A stretch of 64,000 nt of DNA from Candidatus Rifleibacterium amylolyticum (GTDB lineage Bacteria > Muiribacteriota > Ozemobacteria > Ozemobacterales > Ozemobacteraceae): assembly GCA_009917695.1 (NCBI GenBank), contig JAACJG010000011.1:92997-156996 (forward strand), written 5' to 3'. Made by a program: the position numbers and the translations under genes. Under the pieces are notes generated by a model that saw only the letters and a program-made list of their open reading frames with translations, was not told the origin of the DNA and ran no database searches. Shown in pieces: positions 37,362 to 48,570 of the stretch (positions are counted from its first letter, which is position 1; every line of letters starts with the position of its first letter).

Positions 37362-38420
37362 TTAATTCTTGTCCTGGGTTGCGTAATACGGGCAGGCAAC
37401 GAAGTGATCGGGCTCAACTTCAAGCATTGGCGGCGGTTCGATTGCGCATTCATTGCGCGCAATCGGACAGCGCGTTCTGAAGCCGCAGCCAGATGGTTTT
37501 TTCATCGGACTTGGCACATCACCCTCCAGCACTATGCGCTTTTCCTTTTTAACATTCGGGTCCGGGTGAGGAATAGCTGACATGAGTGCGCGCGTATATG
37601 GATGCAGCGGAGTCTTGAACAGGGTTTCGGCTTCGGCCAGTTCGACGATGTTACCCAGATACATGACCGCGATACGGTCTGAAATGTGTTCTACGACAGC
37701 AAGATCGTGGGCGATGAAGATATAGGTCAGACCGAATTCTTCCTGCAGATCCTGCATCAGGTTGATAACCTGGGCCTGAATCGAGACATCGAGCGCTGAA
37801 ACCGGTTCATCAGCTATAACCAGGCGTGGGTTGGTTGCCAGAGCGCGGGCTATGCCTATGCGCTGGCGCTGACCACCCGAGAATTCGTGCGGGTAACGGG
37901 TTGCCTGCTCGGCTGAGAGTCCGACCTTTTCCATGAGCCAGCCGACCTTTTCGAGCATCTGTGACTTGCTGAGTTCGGGCATGTGTATGCTTAGCGGCTC
38001 CATGATGATGTCGCTGACCGTCATGCGCGGATTAAGTGAGGCATAGGGGTCTTGAAAGATCATCTGAATTTCTGAGCGGTAAGGTCGCATCTGATCGTTG
38101 TTGAGTTTGGCAATATCTACCGGCTTTGGTTTTACATCGGTGATTTTATAGCCGGCGGCCGCGTCTTTCTGAGTGTGAAAGAGAATGTGGCCGTCTGTTG
38201 GTCGATTCAGATTGATTATGCATTTGCCGGTAGTTGACTTGCCGCAGCCCGATTCGCCGACCAGACCGAGGGTTTCGCCTTCACGTAAAGTGAAGCTGAC
38301 CCCGTCAATCGCCTTAACATCAGCGACATGACTGCGAAAAACTCCGCCATACACCGGAAAATACATCTTTAGATCATTTACTTCGAGAAGGTTTTTTCTG
38401 TCGGCTTTTGCTTCTGTCAT
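37362..38420 (-). CDS. oppF: oligopeptide/dipeptide ABC transporter ATP-binding protein
   Basis: It has the Walker [10 protein letters not shown], the ABC signature LSGGQRQR, and an Opp-type C-terminal domain. GAGGAGGG lies 8 nt upstream of MTEAKA. Confidence 0.8.
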   Translation of the reverse strand: MTEAKADRKNLLEVNDLKMYFPVYGGVFRSHVADVKAIDGVSFTLREGETLGLVGESGCGKSTTGKCIINLNRPTDGHILFHTQKDAAAGYKITDVKPKPVDIAKLNNDQMRPYRSEIQMIFQDPYASLNPRMTVSDIIMEPLSIHMPELSKSQMLEKVGWLMEKVGLSAEQATRYPHEFSGGQRQRIGIARALATNPRLVIADEPVSALDVSIQAQVINLMQDLQEEFGLTYIFIAHDLAVVEHISDRIAVMYLGNIVELAEAETLFKTPLHPYTRALMSAIPHPDPNVKKEKRIVLEGDVPSPMKKPSGCGFRTRCPIARNECAIEPPPMLEVEPDHFVACPYYATQDKN

Positions 38421-38433
38421 GTTATTTCCCTCC

Positions 38434-39432
38434 TCAGACGCTTTGCATTGGCTTGGCCAGGTGGCATCTGACAAAATGTCCGGGCGCGGTTTCGACCATT
38501 TCAGGCGGCACGTTTTCGCAGGGTTCGTGCTTCTTGCTGCATCGCGTGCAGAAACTACAACCCTTCGGCAGATTGAAAAGCGATGGTACCATACCTTCGA
38601 TAGTACTCAGGCGTCTTACCTTCTGGCCTGGTTTTGGCAGCGAGGCCAGCAAACCCTGTGTGTATGGGTGCTGGGGTGAATGAAAGATCGTTTTGACGTC
38701 GGCGATTTCCTGAATGCGCCCGCAATACATGACAACGACGCGATGACAGGTTTCAGCAATAACCGCCATGTCATGTGTAATCAGCAGAATAGCGGCATTT
38801 GAGGTCTTTGCCTTGACTTCGAGCATCAGTTCAAGAATCTGCGCCTGAATCGTCACATCGAGCGCTGTTGTCGGCTCATCAGCGATGAGCAGCGAAGGGT
38901 CGCATGACAACGCCATGGCGATCATTACGCGCTGGCGCATTCCACCTGAGAACTGATGCGGATACTCGTCGATGCGCTCGCGCGCCGACGGGATGCCGAC
39001 GAGTTCGAGCATTTTAACGGCGTAGTCACGTGCCTCTTTTGGCGTCATGCCTTTGTGATGAACGAGAGACTCGGCTACCTGATCGCCGATGGTGAAGACC
39101 GGGTTGAGGCTGGTCATCGGCTCCTGAAAGATCATCGAAATCTTGTTGCCGCGGATCTTGCGAATTACGTCGTAGTCTTTGCGCCGATAAGCTTCGAGCA
39201 GGTCAGTGCCTTCGAAGATGATGTTGCCCTCGACGATTTCGCCCGGCGGATTCGGAATCAGCTGCATGATCGACAGCGAGGTAACCGATTTGCCAGAGCC
39301 GGATTCGCCGACGATGCCAAGCACCTCACCCGGCAAAATGTCGAAATCGACTCCGTCAACCGCTTTGGCAATTCCCGCCTCGGTCTTGAAGTAGGTTTTG
39401 AGATTCTTAACTTTTAACAGTTCGTTAGCCAT
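38434..39432 (-). CDS. oppD: oligopeptide/dipeptide ABC transporter ATP-binding protein
   Basis: It has the Walker [10 protein letters not shown], the signature FSGGMRQR, and an OppD_C tail. Confidence 0.8.
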   Translation of the reverse strand: MANELLKVKNLKTYFKTEAGIAKAVDGVDFDILPGEVLGIVGESGSGKSVTSLSIMQLIPNPPGEIVEGNIIFEGTDLLEAYRRKDYDVIRKIRGNKISMIFQEPMTSLNPVFTIGDQVAESLVHHKGMTPKEARDYAVKMLELVGIPSARERIDEYPHQFSGGMRQRVMIAMALSCDPSLLIADEPTTALDVTIQAQILELMLEVKAKTSNAAILLITHDMAVIAETCHRVVVMYCGRIQEIADVKTIFHSPQHPYTQGLLASLPKPGQKVRRLSTIEGMVPSLFNLPKGCSFCTRCSKKHEPCENVPPEMVETAPGHFVRCHLAKPMQSV

Positions 39433-39447
39433 TTGTATGTCTCCCGC

Positions 39448-40962
39448 TTATCTGAGCCGCGAATACTGCTTCGGGTCGAAGGCTTCGCGAATTGCTTCGC
39501 CGATGAACGATACCAGAAGCAGTGTCAGGAACATCGCCAGCGTCGGCGAAAGAATCAGCCATGGTTTGGTCAGGTTGGCGAGGCCCTGACCGAGCAGTTC
39601 TCCCCACGAAGGTGTCGGTGCCGGCAGGCCGAAACCGAGAAAGTCGAGCGATACGAGCGCGCCAATGTCTGCTACAACTGCGAAGGGAGCGAACGATATG
39701 ACCGGCGTCAGCGAATTGGGCAGAATGTGACGAAAAATGATAGCACCGTCGGTGCACCCGATAGCACGCGCTGCTGATACGTAATCACGCGATTTTTCGC
39801 GCAGAAACTCGGCACGGATGTAATAAGTCATGCCCATCCATTTAAACATGACAAGTATCACGACCAGCATCCAGAAATTCGGTATCATTATCGCGGCAAA
39901 GATCATTACTGTGTACAAAAACGGCATTGCTGACCAGATTTCGACGAAGCGCTGCATGATGATATCGAACAAACCGCCATAATAACCGAGCAGTGCCCCG
40001 ATGGTGATGCCGATAAGGTAGCAGCAGAACGTGACGACGAGCGAGAATGACAGTGAAGTGCGAAAACCGTAGACCATGCGGGCAAACACATCGCGGCCGC
40101 GGTCATCGGTGCCGAGAATATGTTGAAAGGTTCCTGGCTCTCTTACCTCGGGCTTGAGCTTAAGCATGCCGGCATGCGCCATTTCGAGATAAAGGGCGGC
40201 CGGCTCAAGATCGACCCAGTCTGGTCGCTTGAATTTTTCGGTGATTTCTTCAGGAGTCGGCAGAGAATCTGGCAGCTGATACAATGATTCGCCAATATAA
40301 GCCTTGCGCCATTCTCCGGTAAGCCAGGTCGGTGGATGTGGCGGCCGTGTCGGCAGTTCGTCGAGCAATGATTCCAGTGGGCTGTATGGGTATATTGGCA
40401 GCCACACCCAGTCGTCGCCCCATTGTTCATATTTGAGGTCTTCTTCACTGGCATTTCCGGCTTTGATGCGCTCGGCGCGTTCCTTGTTGCGCACGCTGAA
40501 AACATCTTTCATCATGCGGTAATTCGGGTTGCCGTAGCCGCGCATGCCAAAGGTGCGGGCGCTGATGAACCTGAACAGTGTAAAATAGTAGCTGCCCTGA
40601 TATTTAACCATTATGGCGTTGCCATTGATGAAAAATTCAGCGAACAGCGACAGCACAAACAGGGCAATAATCAGCAGAAATGCGTAATAGCCGCGTTTGA
40701 GCGTTTTGAATTTGCCCCAGCGTCTGCGAAAAATAGGACTGGTGATGAAGATGCGAAAGGAATCGGCGCCCGAAACCAGAAGCGGTAGAATGTAGACGAC
40801 AAATCCCGCCGCCAGCACCAGCGCGATAACAGCCTCGGTCGTGTATGAGGGGTTGATGCCCTTTTCGCCAATCGCCGGCATGACCGAATACAGACCCGCC
40901 CAGGCTATCAGCAACGCAATGACATTGAATATCTTTTTGTATTTGTTCCAGGTTTCTATCAT
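39448..40962 (-). CDS. oppC: peptide ABC transporter permease (OppC-like, extended N-terminal region)
   Basis: A 504-aa protein with multiple transmembrane helices and the BPD-transporter EAA-like region, positioned within the operon. Confidence 0.7.
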   Translation of the reverse strand: MIETWNKYKKIFNVIALLIAWAGLYSVMPAIGEKGINPSYTTEAVIALVLAAGFVVYILPLLVSGADSFRIFITSPIFRRRWGKFKTLKRGYYAFLLIIALFVLSLFAEFFINGNAIMVKYQGSYYFTLFRFISARTFGMRGYGNPNYRMMKDVFSVRNKERAERIKAGNASEEDLKYEQWGDDWVWLPIYPYSPLESLLDELPTRPPHPPTWLTGEWRKAYIGESLYQLPDSLPTPEEITEKFKRPDWVDLEPAALYLEMAHAGMLKLKPEVREPGTFQHILGTDDRGRDVFARMVYGFRTSLSFSLVVTFCCYLIGITIGALLGYYGGLFDIIMQRFVEIWSAMPFLYTVMIFAAIMIPNFWMLVVILVMFKWMGMTYYIRAEFLREKSRDYVSAARAIGCTDGAIIFRHILPNSLTPVISFAPFAVVADIGALVSLDFLGFGLPAPTPSWGELLGQGLANLTKPWLILSPTLAMFLTLLLVSFIGEAIREAFDPKQYSRLR

Positions 40963-42176
40963 GAGAATCTGATCCTTGGGTCGATTATGCAGTAAAGCAC
41001 GTCAGACATGATGTTACCGAAGAGTTTGAGCATCGAACCGATGACGAGAATGCCCAGCGTTACCGGGTAATCACGTGCGATCAGCGATTCATAGCCAAGC
41101 AGGCCAAACCCGTTGATGTTGAATACTTTTTCGATCAGGTAAGAACCGGCGAGAATGATTGAAAGCATGTGACCAAGACCTGTTGCAATCGGAATCAGCG
41201 AATTGCGCAGTGCATGCTTGAAAATGACGGTGCGCTCAGACAACCCCTTGGCGAAGGCCGTGCGCACGTAGTCCTGCCCGAGGTTTTCCATCAGCGAATT
41301 TTTCATCAACACTGTTTTCGAGGCAAACATGCCAAGAACGTAGCAGAAGACAGGTAAAATCATGTGCCACATGCTGTCTAGCAGGCGACCGACAAAGTTC
41401 AGATCGGCATGGCCGCCGGTTTTTAGCTGAAAACGTTTTTCGCTCGGGACATGGGCAAAGGCCGGATGATTGGCGCTGATCTGCTGATTGTCGCGTAATT
41501 TTGGGTATTGACTGCGGATTTCGGCCGGCAGATCGACGGCCAGAGCACCCTGCTGCAAAAACATCGAGAGTTTTGACTTTTCGGTGATGTAGCCACTTTC
41601 TTTGCCGCCAGACGGAACAATATCAAGAAATGCATTGCCGCCAAGCAGCATTAGCAGCAGAACGCCGGCAGTCCAGCCGGGAATCGAATATGCGATGAAT
41701 ACCATAACCGAACTGCCGGTATCAAAAGCCGAGCCATGCTTAACTGCTTTCCAGACTCCAAGCGGAATACAGATCAGGTAAGACAGCGTAAAACCGGTCA
41801 ACCCGAAGATAATCGAGATAGGAAACTTTTCTTTTATCAGATCCCATACCGGCCTCGAATAGGTATCTGATGTGCCAAGATCGAAGTGAAGAACACGCCA
41901 GAGCCAATGCAGATATGCGATATAAAAGGGTTTGTCGAAGCCATAGATGGCTTTGAGCTGTTGCATCATTTCTTCTGAGATCTGCCCCTGCTCCATTGCC
42001 GAGTCAGAGGTGCCGCCACCGCCCTCGCTGGTATTAGCCATGGCCTGCTGATAACGCAACACTGCCTGTTCGACCGGTCCGCCCGGAACGAAGCGGGTAA
42101 CCGTAAAACACAGAAAGGTGATGCCGATAAACGTCGGTATCATCAAGAGAAACCTGCGGATAAAATAGCTGTACAT
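40959..42176 (-). CDS. oppB: peptide ABC transporter permease (OppB-like, large periplasmic loop)
   Basis: A 405-aa protein with transmembrane helices and a BPD-transporter fold. Its stop overlaps the oppC start. Confidence 0.7.
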   Translation of the reverse strand: MYSYFIRRFLLMIPTFIGITFLCFTVTRFVPGGPVEQAVLRYQQAMANTSEGGGGTSDSAMEQGQISEEMMQQLKAIYGFDKPFYIAYLHWLWRVLHFDLGTSDTYSRPVWDLIKEKFPISIIFGLTGFTLSYLICIPLGVWKAVKHGSAFDTGSSVMVFIAYSIPGWTAGVLLLMLLGGNAFLDIVPSGGKESGYITEKSKLSMFLQQGALAVDLPAEIRSQYPKLRDNQQISANHPAFAHVPSEKRFQLKTGGHADLNFVGRLLDSMWHMILPVFCYVLGMFASKTVLMKNSLMENLGQDYVRTAFAKGLSERTVIFKHALRNSLIPIATGLGHMLSIILAGSYLIEKVFNINGFGLLGYESLIARDYPVTLGILVIGSMLKLFGNIMSDVLYCIIDPRIRFS

Positions 42177-42179
42177 AAT

Positions 42180-44150
42180 TTACTCGTCTCCTGCTGAAGG
42201 CGGGTAATGCTCATCCCACCAGCGTATTTCTTCAGGACCCCGGTCGAGCCTGGTTTTGCTGCGGCGCGCTTCCTGCAATATCCGATCTTTTTCGTCATCG
42301 AACCACCACAATGAAGCAATAGTCCGCTGGTCGCCAGTTTTCGAAAGCACGTAATCAGGCATGCCGAATTTGTTCCAGTAAAGCAGTCGGGTGCTTGCTG
42401 AATACCAGCCCAGCGCATAAAGCTGCTCGCGGGTAACTATGCCATCGATCTCTCGCACAGCTTTTATACGTTCTTTCGGATCAAACATCAGTGGATACTG
42501 CGCGCAGATCTCATCGACGCGGGCGTTTTTGAAGCCCCAGATATTGTTATTGTTCTTCTTATCGGCAAACTTTGAATGCAACGAACTTTCCGGGTTCGGA
42601 AAAAGCAGGCCGCCGTATGCGCGAGAACTCAGTTCAAATGTGCGTTCGCCGACTTCTTTAATGTCGGTAGCCCAGGTGACCTGTTTCAGGTTGAGCTTGA
42701 TGCCGATGTCGCGCAGGTCTTCCTGAAAGATGGTCAAGATACGCTCAGAACTCTTCTGTACATAATTGATGGAGAGTTCGAAACGTTTGCCGTCCTTGAC
42801 CAGCCAGCCATCTCTATCACGATTCTTCTGTAACCAGCCGGCTGCTTCGAGTAGTTCGACTGCCTTGTCCGGGTCATAGCGTGTTTTGGGATTGTCTGGA
42901 TTTTCGTAGGGTGAATTCGGGTAAAACGAATCGAGATACTCGTATTCATTGAAAAACAGCTTGTCCATCATCTTTTCGCGGTTATAAAGATGGGCGATGG
43001 CTTTGCGCACTCTGATATCGTCGAACGGCGGTTTGCGCATGTTGAAGGCAATGCCGGAAGTGCCGATCGGGCGATGCGTGTAGATCTTGCGCTTTTGAAT
43101 GTAGCCATATGCCAGCTCCGCCAGCATCGCCGGAATAAACTCCTGATTCCATTCGCGCGCCACATTGATTGCAATCCAATCGAGTTCACCCTTTTTAAAG
43201 CGGAGTTTTACCAGGTTGTCGTCCTGAATGAATATGAAATGCAGCCGGTCGAAATTGTAATAGCCGATATTCTTAACCGCATCCTTCTGCCACCAGTCGC
43301 GGCGTCGGTTGAGAATGATCTCTTCATTAACCTTCGAGCTCTCAAATGCATAGGGGCCTGAGCCGGGCATAAGCTTGTTCTGATATTCGGTGAGATAGGT
43401 TTTTCCATCAATTTTAGCAATAATGTGACCCGGCAGCACCGTCATAAAGCCGATCGACATGAAGGCGCGCCAGTTGAGCTGCTTCGACTTTACCATCACT
43501 ACGCTCTTCGAGATCGCCACCGGCTTTTCGTATTTGTTCCAGTAGTCGATAGAAAAGGGGTCTTCGATGCCAGGGTCAGTGTAGAGTTCCCAGCTTTTAA
43601 CTATGTCTTCGGCAACGACCGGTTGCCCGTCAGACCAGCGTGCGTTTTCATCGAGTTCAAAAAAGAAGCTGACTTTGTCGTCAGCTATTGCCCAGCGTTT
43701 TGCCAGATTAGGTACGTAATTGAAAGTAACCGGGTCGAGATCGAGCATGCTTTCGTAGCATAGCCCGGTCAACATGCTGTTGAAGGTCGAATTGGCGTTC
43801 TTGCCGACTGTGCGCAGCGAAGGCGGGTAAGAAGTCTCGGCATACTTGAGAGTGCCACCCTTTTTGGCATCCCGACTGCCAAGCCCCTGAAATTCAGCAT
43901 TGGTTTCCCATTTGAGATCACTCAACATCACGATAATTTCACGGCTGATACCATCATAAACACCAGAATAAGCAGTCTGAACTGCTTCGGCGTGGATTTT
44001 GAATTCCTCTTCACTCATGGGTTCTGACATCAGAGAGACTGTTTCACTGCCTGATTCCGGTGTCGGCGTCGCAGTAGCGACCTCTTCGCCATGCACCGCC
44101 TGAAAAACCAGCAGCATGCATATAATCACAACTAAAATATTTCTGTTCAA
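42180..44150 (-). CDS. oppA: ABC transporter substrate-binding protein, family 5 (peptide/nickel)
   Basis: A signal peptide precedes a 656-aa SBP_bac_5-type sequence. It is the first gene of the minus-strand opp operon. Confidence 0.75.
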   Translation of the reverse strand: MNRNILVVIICMLLVFQAVHGEEVATATPTPESGSETVSLMSEPMSEEEFKIHAEAVQTAYSGVYDGISREIIVMLSDLKWETNAEFQGLGSRDAKKGGTLKYAETSYPPSLRTVGKNANSTFNSMLTGLCYESMLDLDPVTFNYVPNLAKRWAIADDKVSFFFELDENARWSDGQPVVAEDIVKSWELYTDPGIEDPFSIDYWNKYEKPVAISKSVVMVKSKQLNWRAFMSIGFMTVLPGHIIAKIDGKTYLTEYQNKLMPGSGPYAFESSKVNEEIILNRRRDWWQKDAVKNIGYYNFDRLHFIFIQDDNLVKLRFKKGELDWIAINVAREWNQEFIPAMLAELAYGYIQKRKIYTHRPIGTSGIAFNMRKPPFDDIRVRKAIAHLYNREKMMDKLFFNEYEYLDSFYPNSPYENPDNPKTRYDPDKAVELLEAAGWLQKNRDRDGWLVKDGKRFELSINYVQKSSERILTIFQEDLRDIGIKLNLKQVTWATDIKEVGERTFELSSRAYGGLLFPNPESSLHSKFADKKNNNNIWGFKNARVDEICAQYPLMFDPKERIKAVREIDGIVTREQLYALGWYSASTRLLYWNKFGMPDYVLSKTGDQRTIASLWWFDDEKDRILQEARRSKTRLDRGPEEIRWWDEHYPPSAGDE

Positions 44151-44329
44151 GAAAGAACTCCTTCCCTGCTGAATCTTATATATCTTTTTATGCGATCACT
44201 CTGGCGACCAGCGCCACAACTGCCTTTGAACTTCTTCAAACTGCGTGGCAGCAAAACAGTCAACCATAGAGCATTCGAATTGCCTGCCAATAACTTACAG
44301 GCTGTTGCCAGACTTGGCAAGCGTGAATT

Positions 44330-44914
44330 TTAGAAAACGCGATAACCCTTTTCTGACGCCAGTTCAAGCATCTCGCGGTCACCGCGCGAATCACCGTAAG
44401 CATAGATTTTATCACAACTTGCGAGATCGACAATCTCTTTGATGCGTCTGACTTTTTCAGGGCCCCAGCAGTTGGCCGTTGCAAAATTGCCGGTCAGAAC
44501 GCCATCTATCTCTTCGAGTCGGGTCGCTATCAGCTCGATTCCATGCTGACTACACCAGAATTTCAGATAATCGGTGAACGAGGCCGAAACAAGAATTACC
44601 CTGTGTTTCTGGGAAACATGCCAGCGCATCTTCTCGATTGCCGCCGGCCTGATCATGCGGTTGAGTTTTTCAGTCACAAAGCGCTCGGCGAAAGCATCGA
44701 ATTCTTCGCGACGCATGCCTTTTAAAAACGCCTGGGTCACCCTTTGTTTGGCCGCCTGATTGTCGATGATTCTTGCCGCGAAAGCAAGCAGCCATGGCGA
44801 AACTGGCAGCATGCGCCACAAAAAAGCCGGTGCCCCGAAACAGAACAGCAGGAATTCACGGAAGCTGTCGTGCGTTGTCACGGTTCCGTCAAAATCAAAC
44901 AGGGCAAGCGTCAT
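44330..44914 (-). CDS. HAD-superfamily subfamily IB hydrolase (phosphoserine-phosphatase-like)
   Basis: I chose the start MTLALFDFDGTV, which has the DxDGT motif I. ..ILVSASF.. is motif II, and ..YGDSRGD.. is motif IV. Confidence 0.65.
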   Translation of the reverse strand: MTLALFDFDGTVTTHDSFREFLLFCFGAPAFLWRMLPVSPWLLAFAARIIDNQAAKQRVTQAFLKGMRREEFDAFAERFVTEKLNRMIRPAAIEKMRWHVSQKHRVILVSASFTDYLKFWCSQHGIELIATRLEEIDGVLTGNFATANCWGPEKVRRIKEIVDLASCDKIYAYGDSRGDREMLELASEKGYRVF

Positions 44915-46992
44915 TAAGCCGTCTCCAGCCCGGTCTGCCAGCGCAGAAATATCCACTGATCGGTCTGTTCTTCGAGGGTTATCTTGAGTGGCTTCCCTAT
45001 CCCATGGCCACTTTCACGGTCGACCCAGAGAATTATCGGCTTCTCTTCATTATTGGCAGCATGAGCCTGCAAGGCTGCTGTCATCTTTCTTGCATGCATC
45101 GGGTGCACCCTGGTATCGTTTTCACCGGTAAAAAAGAATACTGCCGGGTATTCTCTTTTGTTGCAGACATTGTGATAAGGAGAATAATCGACCAGCCAGT
45201 CGAAATCTGCCTCATTGTCGGCACAACCATATTCTGGCACCCAGTATCTGGCCATCAGGAACTTGTGATACCTGATCATGTCCAGTAACGGAACACCGCA
45301 GATAACAGCTTTGAACAAATGTGGCCTTCGAGTCAGGCAGGCGCCTGTCAGCAGTCCGCCATTCGAGCGCCCGCTGATTGCCAGTTTTTCGCTGCAGGTA
45401 TATTTTTGCGCTATCAGCCACTCCGCTGCTGCTTCAAAATCTTCAAAAACAGATTTCTTGTTGGCCAGCATCCCGGCCTGATGCCACTTGTCACCATATT
45501 CACCGCCACCGCGCAGATTGGCAACCGCGTAAATACCGCCATCCTGAATCCAGGGTATCAGCAGTCCTGAAAAAGCCGGGTTCATACTGATGCCAAACCC
45601 GCCGTAACCATAAAGCAAGGTCGGGTTTCTGCCGTTTTTTTCGATACCACGGCGATAGACCAGAAACATGCTGACCTGGGTTCCATCTTTTGACTGATAA
45701 CAGTGCTGCTCGACCAGCATCTCGGAAAGATCGATCGCGAGCTCGCACTTCCACCAGACCCGCTGCAGACCATCAGAGCTTCGGCACTGAATAATTGTGG
45801 GCAGGTGATTGAATGATTCATAGTGAATGAAAAAGTTATCATGCTCTTCGCTGCACGAAATGCCGGCAGAGCCGATTCCCGGCAGTTTGATGGCAGACCG
45901 TTCTTTACTCTTCAAATCGTACTTAACCAGCTCACTGGCGGCGGCTTTCTGATAACTGACTATCATCGAGTTGCCGGTGAAATCCCAGCCTTCGATTGTC
46001 GCATCGGAGCGCTCTTTGATTATTATCTGCCAGTTTTTCCGGCTGGGGTTGGTCAGTTCAGATTCGTAGATCTGGCCATTCGGGGTGCCCTCGTTACTGT
46101 GAATGAACAGACGATCACCGACGACCCGGGCGTGCGTTGTACTGTCGCAGTCGCAGATTATCACGCGCTTGTTGAAATCGCCAAACTCGACCCATTCTTT
46201 GAAATCGATCAACCAGAGATCGTTCGAGCGGGTGCTCGTGTAATATGACAGCAGCAGCCATCTGCCATCTTCCGATAGTGATGCAAACGGGCCCCAGGTC
46301 GTAGCCAGAGGGCCTTCTTTGTATTGCGCGTAGATCAGGCGGTCGTCATCAGGATTGTCACCGAGATAATGCAGCTTTATCTCGCGGGAATAGGGATTCT
46401 TGACGTCAGACAGGCGCGAATATATGAAGCCTGAGTTGTCTGCCAGCCAGTAGACGCTGATGACCTTGTTGGCTATTTCATCTTTGAGATGGCTGCCGTC
46501 TTTCACCCGCATGATTTTGAGCTGGTAATTCTCATCGCCACTGCGTGCAGTGCCATAAGCCAGCAGTTCCCCGTCGTGTGAAGCTGAAAACCAGCCAATT
46601 GTCGTCAATCCGCTGGCATCGATCTTTTCGGGATCGATCAATATCTTCTCACGACCCCAGACATCTTCGGCCATGAACAGGCAAGGCTGATCCTTGTTTC
46701 CTTCACGCCTGAAATAAAAGATGCGATTGCCGGCATAGACCGGAAGGCTGTTGCTGCTGCGCTCGAGTAAAGGAGTCAGGCGCTCTTTGAGCTTCTGCCG
46801 ACCTGGCAGACGGTCGAGAATCGACCTGGTAAAAGCATTCTGCTGATCTGTCCATTCGGCGACCTCGGGGGTGATTTTTCCCTCGGCATCGCCTTCGAGC
46901 CAGCGGAATTCATCAGCACAGCGAACTCCATGCAGTTCTTCCTTTACTTTTACGACTTTACTCGGCGGATAACCCGGCTTTTTCTTTGGCAT
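44914..46992 (-). CDS. prolyl oligopeptidase (S9A family)
   Basis: A 692-aa protein with an N-terminal beta-propeller and a C-terminal catalytic domain with GRSNGGLL (GxSxGG) and ..DTRVHP... Confidence 0.8.
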   Translation of the reverse strand: MPKKKPGYPPSKVVKVKEELHGVRCADEFRWLEGDAEGKITPEVAEWTDQQNAFTRSILDRLPGRQKLKERLTPLLERSSNSLPVYAGNRIFYFRREGNKDQPCLFMAEDVWGREKILIDPEKIDASGLTTIGWFSASHDGELLAYGTARSGDENYQLKIMRVKDGSHLKDEIANKVISVYWLADNSGFIYSRLSDVKNPYSREIKLHYLGDNPDDDRLIYAQYKEGPLATTWGPFASLSEDGRWLLLSYYTSTRSNDLWLIDFKEWVEFGDFNKRVIICDCDSTTHARVVGDRLFIHSNEGTPNGQIYESELTNPSRKNWQIIIKERSDATIEGWDFTGNSMIVSYQKAAASELVKYDLKSKERSAIKLPGIGSAGISCSEEHDNFFIHYESFNHLPTIIQCRSSDGLQRVWWKCELAIDLSEMLVEQHCYQSKDGTQVSMFLVYRRGIEKNGRNPTLLYGYGGFGISMNPAFSGLLIPWIQDGGIYAVANLRGGGEYGDKWHQAGMLANKKSVFEDFEAAAEWLIAQKYTCSEKLAISGRSNGGLLTGACLTRRPHLFKAVICGVPLLDMIRYHKFLMARYWVPEYGCADNEADFDWLVDYSPYHNVCNKREYPAVFFFTGENDTRVHPMHARKMTAALQAHAANNEEKPIILWVDRESGHGIGKPLKITLEEQTDQWIFLRWQTGLETA

Positions 46993-47176
46993 CTGCTCAC
47001 CTTATCGATCATGCCCGGCCGTGGCAGCCCAGTCTGTCAGGCTGCCCCGACTCATAAGTCGAAGCGCGACCTCCCGAAGTGAGAAGCACTGTTTCGACCG
47101 ACAACATATTAATAGCAGCCGTCTCTTCTGTAAAGCAAAATCGACCACGCGCAGCAATTCTCGGTAAAAGTCAGGC

Positions 47177-47272
47177 GTCATTCTGCGCGAGCCTTCAGGC
47201 GAAGTCGCAGAATCCATGTTTTGTTGCTCTTTTCTGGATCCTGCGACTGCGCTTTGCTCCGCGCAGGATGAC
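47177..47272. repeat. MITE/REP-like palindromic element, copy A
   Basis: The terminal inverted repeats are gtcattctgcgc ... gcgcaggatgac. It is ~85% identical to the reverse complement of 63454-63542. Confidence 0.6.
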
Positions 47273-47408
47273 AAACAAAAAAAGTCAAACCCTAACATCG
47301 TGATCACTGTTGATGATTGTCTTGCGCCTCACCGAAAATTGCTGGACTACGCGATTGATTTTGCTGGCGCGAATATATCGGAATGGTTATTATTATAGTA
47401 TGGCTATA

Positions 47409-48326
47409 TCGGTAAAAGGGATCCAGTATTCTTATCAGATCGACTTCTTCAACCAGGTTCCGACCCGACTCAAGAGCCAGGTACACGATCTGCCGGTCGT
47501 CTCTGTACTGCGACCGACACCTATAGATAAAACTGAAGTTACCGATTCTTATCTGCCGCTGGCCGAACAGGCTTTCCCCTATGCCGGCCCGCGCGCTGCC
47601 GCCCCAATCGAGAATGTCAGCAACACCGACTTGTTGCCTACCGTTGCCCCACCGTCGCAACTGAATGCGATAACGCAACAGGACAATCGCGTTGAAAGCT
47701 CGCCACAGTTTAATTCGGCTGTCGCTGAACCGGCACAGATCGAGCGCAAATTGCCAGATGCCAACGCCAACCTGCGTCCGGCAACCCCGCTGGCCGCCGA
47801 AACCGAACGCGACAACCCGCTGATGCCGGTCGAACTGCCGGCTCCCCTTTCAGGTACCCTGCCAACAACAGAAGCCACACCGACCGAGCCGGTCAAGGCC
47901 ACGCCGCGCTATGAGTATAACCTGGCTCTGCGTGCCTATAAACCAGATGCCGGATCTTATCTGCAACCGGTTGGCTACGAAAAAGCCGAGTTCGCCCGCG
48001 CCGAGTTCTTTGCCGAGCCGCCACGCTCCGTAATCGAACCACCTGCCCTGCCGGCAGCGTCATCTCAGACTGAGATCAACCCTCTGGCAGAAGGCGAAAA
48101 CCGCGTTCAACCTGCAATTGCCCGCCGCGAACCAGTCGAAACCGCCGGCGAAGCTCTGCTGCGCCGCGAACGCGAGCAACCGCTGACCGCGAAAACCGAA
48201 CAACCCGAAGAAACCATGCGCCTGCGCGGCGAAAATTTTCTTTCCCGCCAGGTTTTCAGGCTCTACGACATGATCGCAACCCCGGCCATGTTCAATACCG
48301 GCAATTTAGTCGACGTCAGATCCTGA
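47409..48326 (+). CDS. Pro/Ala/Glu-rich low-complexity hypothetical protein
   Basis: I chose the start MAISVKG. About 305 aa, largely proline/glutamate-rich with no recognisable domain. Confidence 0.4.
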   Translation, partial: SVKGIQYSYQIDFFNQVPTRLKSQVHDLPVVSVLRPTPIDKTEVTDSYLPLAEQAFPYAGPRAAAPIENVSNTDLLPTVAPPSQLNAITQQDNRVESSPQFNSAVAEPAQIERKLPDANANLRPATPLAAETERDNPLMPVELPAPLSGTLPTTEATPTEPVKATPRYEYNLALRAYKPDAGSYLQPVGYEKAEFARAEFFAEPPRSVIEPPALPAASSQTEINPLAEGENRVQPAIARREPVETAGEALLRREREQPLTAKTEQPEETMRLRGENFLSRQVFRLYDMIATPAMFNTGNLVDVRS

Positions 48327-48385
48327 CCTATATTTTACTGCACAAATCAGGCTGACTATGACAATTCAAACTGAACCATACCCGA

Positions 48386-48467
48386 AATTCGTGCTCAGCG
48401 AAGCGGTGCTCGTAATCGTAATCGAAAAACAAAATCGATTACGATTAAGATTACGCGAACGAGCACG
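48386..48467. repeat. imperfect palindrome containing tandem cgtaat units (copy 1 of a direct repeat)
   Basis: The sequence is ttcgtgctcagcgaagcggtgctcgtaatcgtaatcgaaaaacaaaatcgattacgattaagattacgcgaacgagcacgag. Confidence 0.5.
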
Positions 48468-48570
48468 AGAACTGTTAAACCTTTCGCCCTCAGTGAGTTC
48501 GATTGTTACTTTTCATTATTATCTGGGATCAAGCATCAGAAAGCCAGGGTTCTATTTTATCAAACCCTCA

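Noticed and set aside
47002-47307. 101-aa minus-strand ORF, together with its look-alike at 63425-63634
   Set aside because: Both are read through the two copies of the MITE-like element. The shared peptide DSATSP.GSRRMT is the repeat translated, with no RBS, so both are spurious.
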